Assembly (NCBI GenBank): GCA_010405405.1
Contig: MU004237.1
Span: forward strand, 100,191 to 164,190
Source of the DNA: Microthyrium microscopicum
Taxonomy: Eukaryota
Direction of reading: 5' to 3'
Length of the DNA: 64,000 bases
The translations under genes and the position numbers were made by a program. Positions 1 to 12,499 of this stretch are shown here, one piece after another; the stretch's first letter is position 1; every line of letters begins with the position of its first letter. The notes under the pieces were generated by a model. The model worked only from the letters and a program-made list of their open reading frames with translations. It was not told the origin of the DNA and did not search any database.

Positions 1-884
1 CGAAGTCATGTTGAATGCGCATATCACCACGGTTGTTCGAATATTTTAGAGCTGCAGCCCCAGTCTTTGCGGGTGAACCGCCCTTGAGCCATTGATCGAA
101 CCAGAATTTAGCTTGGTAGAAGGCTGATTCCTTCGCAAACACCTGCTTTGGGTCGTTCAAGTCGATTCTAACCGCGAACCCATGCGACACGCCAGAGTAC
201 AAATTGATCTGATATGTCGCATTCTTCTTCTGCAACAAGCTCTCAACCTCATGGCGTCTAGCCGGTGGCAGCGACTGGTCGGTTTCTATATCCCTCATTA
301 GTATCACTATCCACCCTTGCAAGACAAGCAAACTTACCAGCAGCAGCCACACTCAATGGTCCTTTGATAGCATTCAACTCCTCATCGGAAAACTTGCCCG
401 GATGCGCAATCAAACCTACATCCACGCCTTTGCCCGCCAATATCCTCACCACATATGGGCCACCAAAGCAAAATCCAGCCGCGCCCAGCTTCTTCACTCC
501 CAAACTCTTCGCATAATCAACAGTCTGTCCAACAAACTGCTCAATCTCCGCCTGCGGATGGCGCGCTGCCCAGCCGGTGGAGTTGAAGCCAGTGCGGTCT
601 TGCGGCTGTGGGTCGCCTTTGAAATAGTCGGGCATTAGCACAAGGTAGCCGGCGCGCGCATAAGAATCGGCCAGTAGTTTGTTGGCTGGGAGGGCGAGGC
701 CGAAGATGTCAGTGAGGAAGATGATGGCATGTTCTGCAGACTTGCTGGGCGCATAGGCGTGGTAGATGTTAAGTCCGTTAATAACTTTTTCTTCGCCAGT
801 GGGTGTGCCAGTGTGGGCGACGGTGGGAAGTTGGGCGAGGGCAGCGGTTGCGTACAATGCTGCTATGGCGAGCTGTTTGAACAT
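1..884 (-). CDS. Dienelactone hydrolase family alpha/beta-hydrolase with predicted signal peptide; 3' end runs off the window
   Basis: ORF 258-884 has TDIFG, PDYFKGDP, the nucleophile motif GFCFGG and AHP. An intron at 337-286 (GTAAGT...CTAAT...TAG) joins an exon reading AAETD...YQINLYSGVSHGFAVR...AKESAFYQAKFWF, which stays open to base 1. The N-terminus MFKQLAIAALYATAALA is hydrophobic. Confidence 0.85.
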
Positions 885-1814
885 TGTGATCTTGAGTGAG
901 CGAAGTATGCTGAGTGGGATAATCGATGGCTGGACAAGAGCGAGGCTCTTTTGGATGCACGGCGATGGCGTGTATAAGTATTGCCAAGCTCGGTCTGCTT
1001 TTCTATAAAGTTAATGTAGCGTAGATTGATAATATTAATTCAGTCGTTGAACGCGCTCCGGTTGCGCTCCGGCTGCTTGATTTGATGTGCTATTTTGAGA
1101 TTGAGGTACTGCTAAAGGGGTTTCATCTTGACAGTAGGGTATATATGATGAGATAGTATTCCCAGATTTCAATTGACCTACCGGTCCTCCGAAGTCTTAT
1201 ATCCAAAGGTATGACAAATGACGCAATGAGGCAACAATTATGATCTTCGCCAAGCAAATTTCTTGTGCAGTCTTGGTGTCGCCGTTGTCACTGTATGAAG
1301 AGGTGTATTGTCTGTTCAATCAAAGTTGGCTTGCAGACGACACCTACTGGCTATGTCAATGGCAGTGCGAAGACATGCAATTGAGATTGTCCCGACATTC
1401 TTTGGTCACAACGATGGCGAACATAAAGTACCCCTTCAGTAATCATTGCTCTACACTTGCTTGAATCTCGTATTATCACGAGCAACATGTTGAGGCATTC
1501 ATAGACTTTGTGAGGTTGCTGCAGCGGGTTCGTAAGCGGATCGAGTAGAGGATTTGAGCGAGGGCTATATCAATCGCAAGCTTTAGATGTAAACGTGATC
1601 AAGCGAATGATGTTGAGGAATTGGAGGACGAAGGTCTAGGAGAGATCAAGATGGCAAGACTTGGAGTTGAAGACAGCTGAAAGTTGCGACAGGGATACCC
1701 CTGCCAGCCCTGATCCTTGCTCCCACGTCTTTTGAGATCGTGAGCTTACACCATGCCGCCGCCTAAACTCCAACATCATTTGCTATTCCACATCTTCTAC
1801 AACCGAAACAAACC

Positions 1815-2678
1815 ATGATGACTGAATCTTCCGAAAAGTACGCGATACATGCGGCTTGTCGTGAAGGCAAAAGTACGTTTACCGCCTCTATACTCTCGCA
1901 AACCCTCACGCCAGAATAGCTTCCCTCGTCGAGTCCCTCTTGAACGTATGAACGTCACCAACACGCTCAGTACACAGCATCTCATACCTCCTAGGCAAAT
2001 CCCAAACTCGCAAATCAACGAGACGAAGATGACCGCCTTCCCCTCCACTGGGCCGTCTCCTACAACCACAAGCCCATCATCGAAATCCTCGTCCAACTCC
2101 CCACCTTCGATCCGGATGTACCCGTACGCCCCTCCGCTCCTGCGCCCTTACTTGCATACTCATTACCTTGATAGGACGGTCTTGGCTGGACACCCTTAAT
2201 GATGGCCTCCTCCCGCAAAGAAGCCGATGCCCTCATATCCCTCCTCCTCTCCAAGGGCGCCGATCCCAACGCCACCAACCGCGCAAGCCAAACAGCTCTT
2301 CACTTCGCCGCCAGCAAGTCTGCACTAGACGTTGCGCGCGCGCTCATACAAGCAAAGGCTTCGACGCGAACGAAAGACAAACGTGGCCAGCTACCACTCC
2401 ATCGCGCGGCGGCGGTGGGAAATGTGCCGATGATTAGGCTCTTACTGGAGAATAAAAGTCCGCTGAATGCGTCAGATGTGGATGGTATGACGGCGCTGCA
2501 CCATGCGATGGCGGAAGGCCATGGAGATGCGGCGTTGGTGTTTTTGAGAGAGGGCGCGGAGAGCGGAAAGAAAGATGGGGAGGAGAGGTTGGCGATTGAC
2601 TGTGCGCCGGATGTGAAGGTTCGGCAGTTTGTGCTGGATAGTGCTGAACGGGAAGGCATTGATGTTGTCACGTCGTAA
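1815..2678 (+). CDS. NAS6: Ankyrin-repeat 26S proteasome assembly chaperone (Nas6/gankyrin/PSMD10-like), 4 exons
   Basis: Spliced product reads MMTESSEKYAIHAACREGK / ...NPKLANQRDEDDRLPLHWAVSYNH... / DGLGWTPLMMASS...QTALHFAASK...GQLPLHRAAAVG...GMTALHHAMAEGHGDAA. The tandem ankyrin repeats and the length of about 240 aa fit fungal Nas6. Confidence 0.8.
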
Positions 2679-2801
2679 CATGGAGAAAATGTGTATGATG
2701 ATTATGATATTTAAGCTTAATGATATACCCAAACTCGAATATACCAACGCAATAAAGAAGAAACGCTGGCTAAATGCTAGATTACTCCACAGAGGGACAG
2801 A

Positions 2802-5277
2802 CTACTTCATCGTCTCGACAAGATCACGGTATATCTTCTTGAGATCTTGCACGTCATTCCGCAATTCTTCGCACTCTTCGCTCTTCTCGCCTAGCATTTC
2901 CAGCGCTGCATCATAGCGCTTCTTGAGATCGGCGAGCTCGGCGGTGAGTGTGACGACTTGTTCGGATTCGCCCTTGATGCTTTCCAGCTCGCGCATCATG
3001 GCGACGACTTCGTCGCGTGCTTCGTCCCTTTGGCCTTGAAGACGAGCAATTTCTTCACGCGAGGCGGTCTTGTCCATCTCGAGCTTGCGCACCGTGGCAC
3101 TCATGCGCTCGACGAGCTGGACGCTTGGACCGGCGCCGGCTGTGCTGACTGACATAAGTTCACCTATCGTGCGCTCTGGACTGGCGCGTGAGGGTAAGTC
3201 GTCGTCCGCATCATCCATGTCCACCGTGTGTATAGAAGGTGGCGTCGCAGGAATGCCGTTAAGGCCAGAATGTGCGGGTGATCCATAGTCTGGGCGACTG
3301 CTCATGCTGAGGTCTGTTGGCGTGCGGATGGGGCCCGGTCTCGATGATATGGAGCGCTTGCCAGCGCGCGAGGTGTCACCACCAGGAGAGGGTAGGAAGG
3401 CAGAGATGTCTGTGCTATGTATGCGACTGCCGGCCGCACTACGGCGCTGGGAGCCGCCCATTTCTGGCGCGGAAGCTTTGCGATGATTTATGGAGGGGAA
3501 TGAGTCGGTGCGCAAGAAAGCCGAGTGGACGTTGTCGGGAGTGATCGGTGAGAGGCTTTGGTATTCTGCGCGATATCTGGCGAGCTCTTCGTCAAGGCGG
3601 GATTGGAATGTAGATTCAAAATCGCGCTTGGTGCGGACGAGCTCATCTTTGCTCTCTTGCGCAGCTTTCTCGTGGATGGCGGCTTTGGCTTCCATCTTTT
3701 TAAAGGCTGCTCGCATGCTGGCGATTTCTGATTCCAGAGTGTTTGTTTGATCTTGGGCAGTTTCGAGGTCATCTTCTAGTCGTCGAGCTTTGGAATTAGT
3801 TTCGCGGGCCTTTTTCCGAACGTCTGCTTCTCGTTTGACTAGATCATCTCGTTCTTTCTCCAAAGTTGTTATGCGGTTGTTGAGGCTTGTTTCGATGCCT
3901 TGCCAGTTTTCGCTAGCTAGAGAATACTGTGTCTGAAGAGTTTCGACTTGTCGAAGAAGCTTGGCTTGAGCATCGGATGTAGTGCTAGCAGAGTGCTCTT
4001 CGCTTTTCAGGCGGAGGAGTTCTAGCTTGGACTCCAAGTTCTGCTTTATTGTCAGCAACGATGTCAAAGATGCTAAATCATTTATGTCCTACCTGAACTT
4101 CGGTCCTTTGCTCCATTTCAGCTAACTTGAACTTTTCGACTTGAATACTATGTGCCTCTTTAATATCTTTCATTTCTGCCTTGACACGGTCTTCTATCAG
4201 TCGTTTTTCAATTCGAACATTGGACAGCTCGTCGTTAAGCTCAGAGACTAGACGCATTTGCTCCTCTAGCCTCTTGTTTTGTGAGTTGTTCACTGCGCTG
4301 TCTGCTCGTTTCTCGGCGTCATCGAGCTGCCTTTTAAGTTGCTGTATCTGTTTGATAGCATCTTCTTTCTCAGCAAGCACAGAGTTCAATTCCTTCTCTA
4401 GCTTTGAGAGTGATAATATCTTCTCGTTTGCCGTGGTCTCTCTGGATTCTGCGCTTCGAAGTTGATTTCGTAGATCTCTGCTTTCGGTTTCTGCTTTCTC
4501 TTGCTTCCTTTTCGTTGCTGAATATGTTTTCTCTTGATCTTGTATTCTCGACCTCAGGCTCTTGATCATTTGACTGTTCCTGAGCTGATCATGGCTGAGT
4601 TTCTCGCCCTCTTGTATCAATTGAGCAATGCTCGACTCTTTCTCAGCAATCTTCTTTTCTAAAGAACCAGCTTGAGCCTCTTCTGCAGCCGCGTTTGCGA
4701 TATTTTGTAGTTCCGTCGTGAGATATTTGATCTTTGAATGTAAAGCGTCAATCTGTTCCAAATATCCCACGATTTCGGCCTGCCGCTCGTCAACCGGGAT
4801 TCTTTCCTCGTCCTCTTCGTCCTCTTCCTCTTCCACTTGTTTCGTCTTTTGCTCTTCCTCCTGTTCCCCCTCTATTCTTACTTCTTGATCATTTTTTTCT
4901 CCATCATCAGCCTTCCACTCTTCCTCACTCGCCCCTTCGCCCGCCTCACCCTTCTCCTCAGCATTACTCTTCACATCCAGACTACTCCTAACATCCAAGC
5001 TACTCCTCCCACTCCCTGCTCGACTTCCATCACCCCTCACCGCCTGTGCCAATCTTGCTTGTAACCGATCATTCCCTCTCGTCGCCGACGATGCGCGCGA
5101 AGCCGCCTTTTCAGCTTTGAGATTGTTGATTCGTTCCTTCTTTTCTTGAAGAGCAGCGCGTTCTTTGGCCGAAGCTTGATCGTCGTCGGTGAGGATACTG
5201 TCGAGGCGGCTTTCGAGACCTGCGACGGCACCGGAGAGGAGGGAGCCCCAGCCGCCGCGTTTGGGCGCGTCCGCCAT
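2802..5277 (-). CDS. SGM1: Golgin Sgm1/TMF1 (TATA element modulatory factor family) coiled-coil protein, 2 exons
   Basis: ORFs 4078-5277 and 2802-4067 are joined by intron 4092-4041. Long coiled coil; N-terminus GWGSLLSGAVAGLESRLD; C-terminal TMF-type motif GPSVQLVERMSATVRKLE...RYDAALEMLGEKSEECEELRNDVQDLK. Confidence 0.85.
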
Positions 5278-5884
5278 GCCTTTGGAATGCGCTAAAGAGA
5301 CGTTTGTAGGTGTGAGTTTCTGGGTGTATATGTGTGTGTGTTCAAGGGCGGTAGAAATATTGTGAAGGCGTCGAAGGGTTGGTTGGGATGAGCATGGTAA
5401 GGCTGTTTGTCGGATGGAAGGTTAGATGGGAATAGCGCTCCCTAGGCGCCAATTGGGGCAGGATTTTGAGGCTGAAGGGATGAAAGGAAGGGGTGTATTA
5501 GGCTGAGTGTTATTGAGTTGCGCGTCCCTTGAAGGAAATTGTGAGAGAGTGGATACGTGGAGGGAAGATTGTTGGATGGGAATTTGGGGTGCCTTTTTTG
5601 GAGCTTTGGCGTTGGACATATGGGGCGCATGGCACGACGCGGCCTCGACTCTTTTTGGCAACTTGCGACCCGCTGCAACAATTTGCCTTGCTTCAAGTTT
5701 TATGCACTCGATTGTATTCGCTGAGGACTGGAACCGGACTGAGGATTTATATTCACTCTACTCTATCTATTATAGAATTGTGATTGAAAAAGCCGGGTTT
5801 GCGCCGCTGTACGGTACTCAAAGGCTCTGATCCACTCCAACTGGCAACGAGTCGTGGGACATGATAGCAAGCTTACGACGCATC

Positions 5885-7019
5885 ATGACGAAAATTGTAA
5901 GATTCTTTCTTTATTCCCTCGACATGTGTGCAACTATCGCAATCTGTCCTTTGATTCAGTTGGGCCTCGTGTCACCAAACTAAATCTCCCTTTGTTGGCA
6001 CCATCATATAAAATACACGAGACAACCACCACCCTCGCGATCCGGCGAAACATCGGTTCAAAAGCTGATATACATACCAGGCAGTCGGACAAATTTGCTC
6101 TACAAATGACCTCCATCACAACCTATCCCAATGCCTAACAGTAACACGCAAAGCCGTAGAGGCTGGCGCAAAGGTCATCTTTCTCCCCGAAGCTTCAGAC
6201 TACATAGCCAGTAGCGCAGCGGAATCCGTCTCTTTGGCACTGCCGACGAATCGCAGCCCGTTCGTAGACGGTCTACGTAAAGCCGCGAAAGAACATGGAC
6301 TTGCGATCAATGTAGGCATACACGAGCCAGCAGACAGGAAAGAAGATGGGAGTATGAGAGTGAAGAATACCTTGTTGTGGATTGATGAGCTAGGTGAAAT
6401 CGCGCAGAAATATCAGAAATTACACATGTTCGATGTGGATATTGCAGACGGGCCGCGGTTAAGGGAGAGCGAGTATGTATGAGTTATGTGTATTTGTGGG
6501 TGGTATGCTAAGTTTTCCTCCCTAGTTCTGTTGAGCCAGGCAAGGCGCTGATTCCTCCCTTTCCGACGAGTGTAGGCAACGTTGGTATGCTGATTTGCTT
6601 CGATGTATGCATTTTGAACTCTTTCGCCAGGACTATAGTACTGATGCTTATAGCTTCGTTTCCCGGAACCTTCTCTTCATCTTGCGCAGTCTGATCCGCC
6701 TGCAAGTCTTATTACCTATCCCAGCGCGTTTACTATTCCGACAGGGAAGGTACATTGGTCGCCTCTGCTCCAAGCCCGCGCAATTGAAACTCAGTGCTTT
6801 GTTGTCGCTGCTGCTCAGGCTGGCCAGCACAATGAAAAGCGTGCCAGCTATGGGCACAGCATGATAGTAGACCCTTGGGGTAAGATTCTCGTTGAATTGG
6901 GCGGTGAGTGGAATGGCGAGCCCGAGATTGGCGTCTGTGAGGTCAAAGACGAAGATCTCGAATGGGCCAGAAAGCAAGTCCCACTCAAGCGACGATGGGA
7001 CGCCTATGGACGCTGCTGA
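5885..7019 (+). CDS. NIT2: Carbon-nitrogen hydrolase (deaminated-glutathione amidase; yeast Nit2/mammalian Nit1-like), 4 exons
   Basis: Exon 1 MTKI (5885-5896), intron 5897-6080, then AVGQICST...IFLPEASDYI (catalytic Glu), YQKLHMFDVDI (Lys), GMLICFD/LRFPE (Cys), ARAIETQCFVVAAAQAGQHNEKRASYGHSMIVDPWG; stop at 7017-7019. Confidence 0.85.
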
Positions 7020-7092
7020 GAGCTTTCCTGGCGGGCATCAAATCCTGATAGAATATACATGTGATATGATATACACAAATGCTCCAATGGTC

Positions 7093-8212
7093 TCATGATG
7101 TAACAGCGTTCAAGCCGTCAATGACCTCTTTGGCAACTCCATTTGGACCAAGCACGGCTTTCATGATTTGTGGTATGAGTTTCCTTGAAAGTCCGCCGCG
7201 TGGTGGGTTCCATACTCCTTGGTCTGTGGACGTTTCGCGAGCAGCTATGATTTCTTCCTCAGATACATTTGTTGCGCCAGCTGCTGAGTTGAGCGCCGTT
7301 GGTACACCCGGTTGTGTGAGTTTGGAGGGCGGGTCGATAGTCCGCATTGACAAGATCTGAAGACCTTTTGATCCTGTTGGAACGCCTATTGAGACTGCGA
7401 GGACTGCATCGGCCACGGCTAATTCTTCCTTGCTTGGGTCAAAAATGATGTTGGCTCCCACTGAAATGACCAGCAACGTGATGGTTGGATTATCCAGACG
7501 TTTTCCAGTTGAGTCCAAAGGATAGAGATAGCCTGAGGCTTCCCAATCATCGTCAAATAGAGGATCCTCGTCGCCTTCTGACACCAACTTAGGTAATTTT
7601 GCATCCAGAAGAGCAAGATGAGTTGTGAGAGAGAGCAGAGGGAGAGGATATGACAACGGTTGCGAAAGGAGCAGCACCTGATGCTGTTAGTGGATAAGTT
7701 GCGAAGTGCATCTTGAGCTTTCTTACATCAATATATAGCTTCCAATGAAAGCGACGATTGATCCACAATCGATCTTTAAGCTCCCCGCTTGCCAATAAAG
7801 CTTCCGTCAACATCGCAGCCAGAAACAATGGCAGCGGGTCGTCATCGCGTTGGCCTGGAACCTCAATACCCATATCTACCCATTGGTCTTCACCCATGCC
7901 CTTGCCCGTGGGTTTTTCGTCTATCTCCTCATCATCATCGCCAGCTTCTGTTGGATCCAAAAGACCTATTACTGGCGCATCGCTTTTGTGGACTTCTGCT
8001 TTGACGCCTACAATTGCTTCCGTTCCATCTGCAAAGCAAACTCGCGCACTGCCATTGGGAGAGGGTAGAATGTCGGATTCGGCGATCAATGGTCGGAATT
8101 GGGTGGGAGAGCGACCGTCTGGACGAATAGGTGGACTGAGCGAGAGTGATGCGTGGAGGTATGACAGTTCTGCTGGAGAGAGCAGAATCTGAGTTGTGGC
8201 ATTTGGAGCCAT
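7093..8212 (-). CDS. RRP42: Exosome RNase PH-like subunit Rrp42, 2 exons
   Basis: LLSPAELSYLHASL...IRPDGRSPTQFRPLIAESDILPSPNGSARVCFADGTEAIVGVKAEV and WKLYID; intron 7726-7678; exon 2 has DPLFDDDWE and FDPSKEELAVAD. Confidence 0.85.
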
Positions 8213-8879
8213 TGTGGGTAGTGTGGGATATTTGTTTGATTCAGAACAATGAATCCTAAACCAGGACATGCTTGGGGCTAGAGCATATTCTATATGGGGC
8301 TTGCTAAGCTCACTTTACCAGACCATTGACCCACTAACCTGACGCTAAGTAGCCCATAGCCCCCTTCTCTTTCTTATCTTGCCACCTTCATCATGAGAAT
8401 TTGAGAAGTTAAAAGTCGAGGAGAGAGGTACAACCTTCACTACTGTATGTCGCCTTACTTGTCATGTTACAATACCCAGCTTCTACATCTTGAGCTACCT
8501 ATGCACGTTTTATTAAGATTACCAGGGAAATGTACCTGGTACCATTGTACCATCAATGGGCTCGCCAACCGGAGCAACTTTACCCGTACCAACTCCATCG
8601 TGTATCGCCAATCGATCCATCACTGCCAATCGCTTGCGGTAGAGGATATAGCATGATTACCGCTGTTCGACATTCGAAGATTGTGCTACCCCAGGGAAGG
8701 TGAAGATTTTGGGTTCCAGGGGAATGTGCAACCTAGAATACTCTACCAAGTCCCAGAGGTCCCAGAGTGCCGGGCACCGCAGTCAACATGATGAAGAGGA
8801 ATTATTCCTGCATTTGGACTTTGGAAGCCAATCAGTCTTTCCATCAACCTTGCCCGGAAGAACAGCCTCACTACTCTTG

Positions 8880-9660
8880 AAGAATCTTCGTTGCTCTGCA
8901 TGCTTGCCGCTTATCCAGTCTTCTCGGTTGGTGCCGTCGGGTTGTCAGTTACACAACCTCAATTGCTCCAACCACCTCGCCCTTATTGGGTATAGCCTGC
9001 ATTCCAACCAGTTGCCTGGATTTAATTGGACAATCTGGCTACTATAGGCTGATGGTTTGCGAATTCGGCCTCTCCGGTTCACGATATCTACTACTGTTGG
9101 AAGCGGACAACTTTCGAACACATGGTACGCCACCACCCAGATTATCATCTACCAAGACGGACGTACCTCCTGTTTCTTCAGACAGGTACGACCGTCGCGG
9201 CAGCCAGCATCATCTCCCAGAGCTATGGGTTGGACATGTTTCGCATCCTCATCCCGGCTCTGTTCGCAGCTACAGCCAGCTGTGTAATATTTTCTTTCCC
9301 GATCTGGCCAAGCTTGATATAACAAGCTGGCTTACCAGAAAAATGCTACCTGGTCCGAGGGAGCGATGGATCTTGCACGTTCTGGTGAGACATTTTGATT
9401 ATGTCTCGCGGACGAACAGCTGGACATTGCGTCGTCGCCCTCCAGCTGCTAAAGGCGAAGTTGCCTGGTTCTGCGTCTACGAGTTAAGCCAAATTGTCAA
9501 ATCTGTTCAGGTACAAGATCCTACCTTCAATGGAGGGCTCCAATGGCTGTTGAAACCCAATATCCCAGAAGCACCAATTCTGACTGTTTTCAGTGATCCA
9601 GGTGGTCGGGTTCGGCAGCCAGGAATGTTGCAGTGTAACACAACAGTCTTCAAGCTCTAA
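8880..9660 (+). CDS. Possible hypothetical protein or degenerate gene
   Basis: An open frame of about 260 codons (includes ORF 8986-9660) with no recognised motif and no clear start. It may be non-coding. Confidence 0.2.
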
Positions 9661-10773
9661 TTAGAGGCTGAGTATTCTCTCTCTTCTGCGAGTTGCTGGT
9701 CTGGGCGTTTGGAATAGCTTGACGCCCGGCACAGCGAATTTCGGGCATGATGGAAATGGAATAGACACTAGTAGGCTTTTTGTGAGGTTCTCAGCCACAG
9801 GCGAATTTCATATCATGCCTTTGGATATGTATGACATGAAAAAGCATTGGGCAAGTCAACATGATAGGATAGACCTGTCGCACTGATTCTCAATGCAAGC
9901 GTTCTAAATCGGTATCTTCACAGGGCCACGGGGATGAGCCCAGAGAAAAGTAGACCGCAAGTCACGGTGTCTGCTGGATGAAGCACTCTTCTAGTCTCTG
10001 CAATCATTGAACTTTCAATAGGCAAGAATTGCGGAAACCAAATGCGTATGAAAACTGATGTCTTTGTCCCGGAGCAGACATCTTGCAAGCAGAACAATCC
10101 AACAACGAAAGCGGACAACATCATTGCTGAGTAGGTATTCTCTACGATTGAAACCGTCTTCAGCCATTATTATCACCTTAGAAGCGTTACAAATAACCAA
10201 CTGCTCTCCCATTTCATTGACGAGTTACAAAGACCCTTTACATCTATTGCAATTGTAAAGCCATCACCTACAGAGCTTGTCTACCTTGATAGCAGTTCAT
10301 TTGTTTCAATATCCTCTTTCTACTTCACAAAGACCGCGAAGACCACCTGAACGGCTTTCGTACCCACACGAATTGTCTTTGATCAATCAAGAGCGTTGAG
10401 ACAGTTGGTTTGATACACGAATTACACCTGCCAACAGGTTTGTTCCCGAACCCCAAAGACGGGTAAGTGCAAGCTTCTATCGGCTACCTGCGAGAGTTCG
10501 CGTAGGTTTCGACGATTGTCCATACAGACACAAGTTAAACCACCGCAAACTCTGGTTCAGTAGTTTTTGCAAACTGAGAAACAACGCTGATCAAAAGTAG
10601 AACCAATTCTTTCCTTTGGAGTTCTTTGGAAGTGTCTTTGGATTCTTTGATCCCTTCAGCGACTTTGTTGGGCCTTGCAAGAGCCCTTCATTCCACCACA
10701 AGCAAAGGGGTTCATTCCTTTGCTCGGAGAGACTAGGCGAACACGTTGTCAGGGAAATTGGCAATATTTTGAA

Positions 10774-12499
10774 ATGGAACACGGATACCATATCCCAGAC
10801 TCCTTCCAGACGCAGTACACCCAAGTCCCTCAGGAGGGAAATGGCCAATATGTACGTTGACTTCACTGCATTCCACTATCGCGATATGCTAACATACCAC
10901 CAGCACTATGAACAACCTCAAGGCTACTATGCCGAAGAAACCGTGCATCCGGTAAGGAACTCTTCATTTTCTTTCTTCTCTTCAGCTTGAGAAAGGCCAA
11001 ACAGCTGACTCTTTGTTCTTTAGTATATCTCATCACATTTACAATCCCCACCAACACCAATGTCCAACATAAGCGATGAGACTCGGCGCACTCGAAGCGG
11101 ACGCCCAATCACTCGATTAGATTCTCCTCATGGAAGCTTTGCTCCCCGAAGCCCGTCGCCTAAGAAGCGTCGGGCAAAGGGTAAAGTCAAGGCCAACATC
11201 CCTCCGCTTGCTGCACCCCTGAGTGTACTCACCAAAGATATGCAAATTCCAGTACGTGATATGGACGCTCATGTCAATCGACCTCTGGAAGAACGTCAAG
11301 CCGAAGCAGCAAAGAGAAAAGGCTACGTGACGCGTCCCATGAACTCGTTTATGCTATACAGATCCGCCTACTCCGAACGAACCAAAGCCTGGTGTCGAGC
11401 TAACAACCACCAAATCGTCTCGTCCGTGTCTGGCGCCAGTTGGCCACTGGAGCCTGCTGAGATTCGCAATTTTTACGGCGACCTCGCAAAGACTGAACGA
11501 GCAAATCACCAAATAGCCCATCCAACTTACAAGTTTACCCCATCCAAACCAGGCGCGAACCGCAAGCGAAAGGGCTCCTACGATATCGATGATGGTGGAA
11601 TCACGCTCGCCAACGATAACGATCCAGATGGAGACTGGGCTTCCAGCCAAGGTGCCGCCGTTCGCCGAATCCGCACCGCTCGCGAGTCCGCTTTCGAAGG
11701 ACGATCGCGTCCCAGTCGTGCCGCGGCCTCACCCGCGCCTATCCCAGAGCACATGTATTATCCAGGTCCCTCTGGGCCTTCAGGCTATGAAACTACCCGT
11801 TCCATGTCCGGCACACCCCTCCAGCAGCAGCAAATGTATTCAGCCCCTGGTCCATACCACCAAATGCCGCAACTGCACTCGCAAATGTACCAACAGCCCG
11901 TACAAGACCCCAATATGTATAACATGGGCTACGACGATGGCAATAGCGGCTATGTCAGTCTGCCAGGTGGTAACGCGCACGAGCTACAATTTGATAACCT
12001 CGATGGTCTCATGGGCGGTCATCAACAGCATTCGCAACATCACCACCAAGCGTCCATCGACCCAATGCTCATGCCCAGTCTTAATGGCGAACACAACGTT
12101 TCGCAGCCACCACAGGAACAAATGCCGTACGCGAATGAGTATGCGCCACCTTATATGAATCCGTATGCAACCGACACAGTGCAAAGTTCGACGCCGCTTC
12201 TCGATCATCAGACTGTGCCCGACGTGCCATTCGACCAACAGCATGACTGGCCAACTGAGCCGACGGAAACACCACTGGAGCCGTCAAATGAGTTTACGCA
12301 ATTTTTCTCACAGCCGGCGCCCAGTATGTCGGCGAGCACGCCAAGAAGGGAGAGCATGCCGGTGTCAGAGCCGGTGCATGATAGTGTGGTGGAAGCAAAG
12401 CATCCTGAGGAAGAGCAGTTGCCTGCACCAAATAATGTGCCAGTGAGTCCGACTGACGGTACAGGCTCGCGGATGGAGACACCAGTGCAGGAAGACTAG
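10774..12499 (+). CDS. MATA/SOX-type HMG-box transcription factor (Ste11-like class), 3 coding exons
   Basis: HMG box VTRPMNSFMLYRSAY...NNHQIVSSVSGASWPLEP...ERANHQIAHPTYKFTPSK followed by a Q/P/S-rich tail. Upstream exons MEHGYHIP...GNGQY and HYEQPQ...VHP are joined by introns 10852-10903 and 10952-11022. Confidence 0.85.

Noticed and set aside
1053..1073. Direct repeat GCGCTCCGG x2 as a Zn2Cys6 binding site
   Set aside because: Single short occurrence with no supporting evidence.
11330..11550. MAT1-2-1 mating-type locus
   Set aside because: No APN2 or SLA2 neighbours, no intron in the HMG box, and the motif differs from MAT1-2-1.
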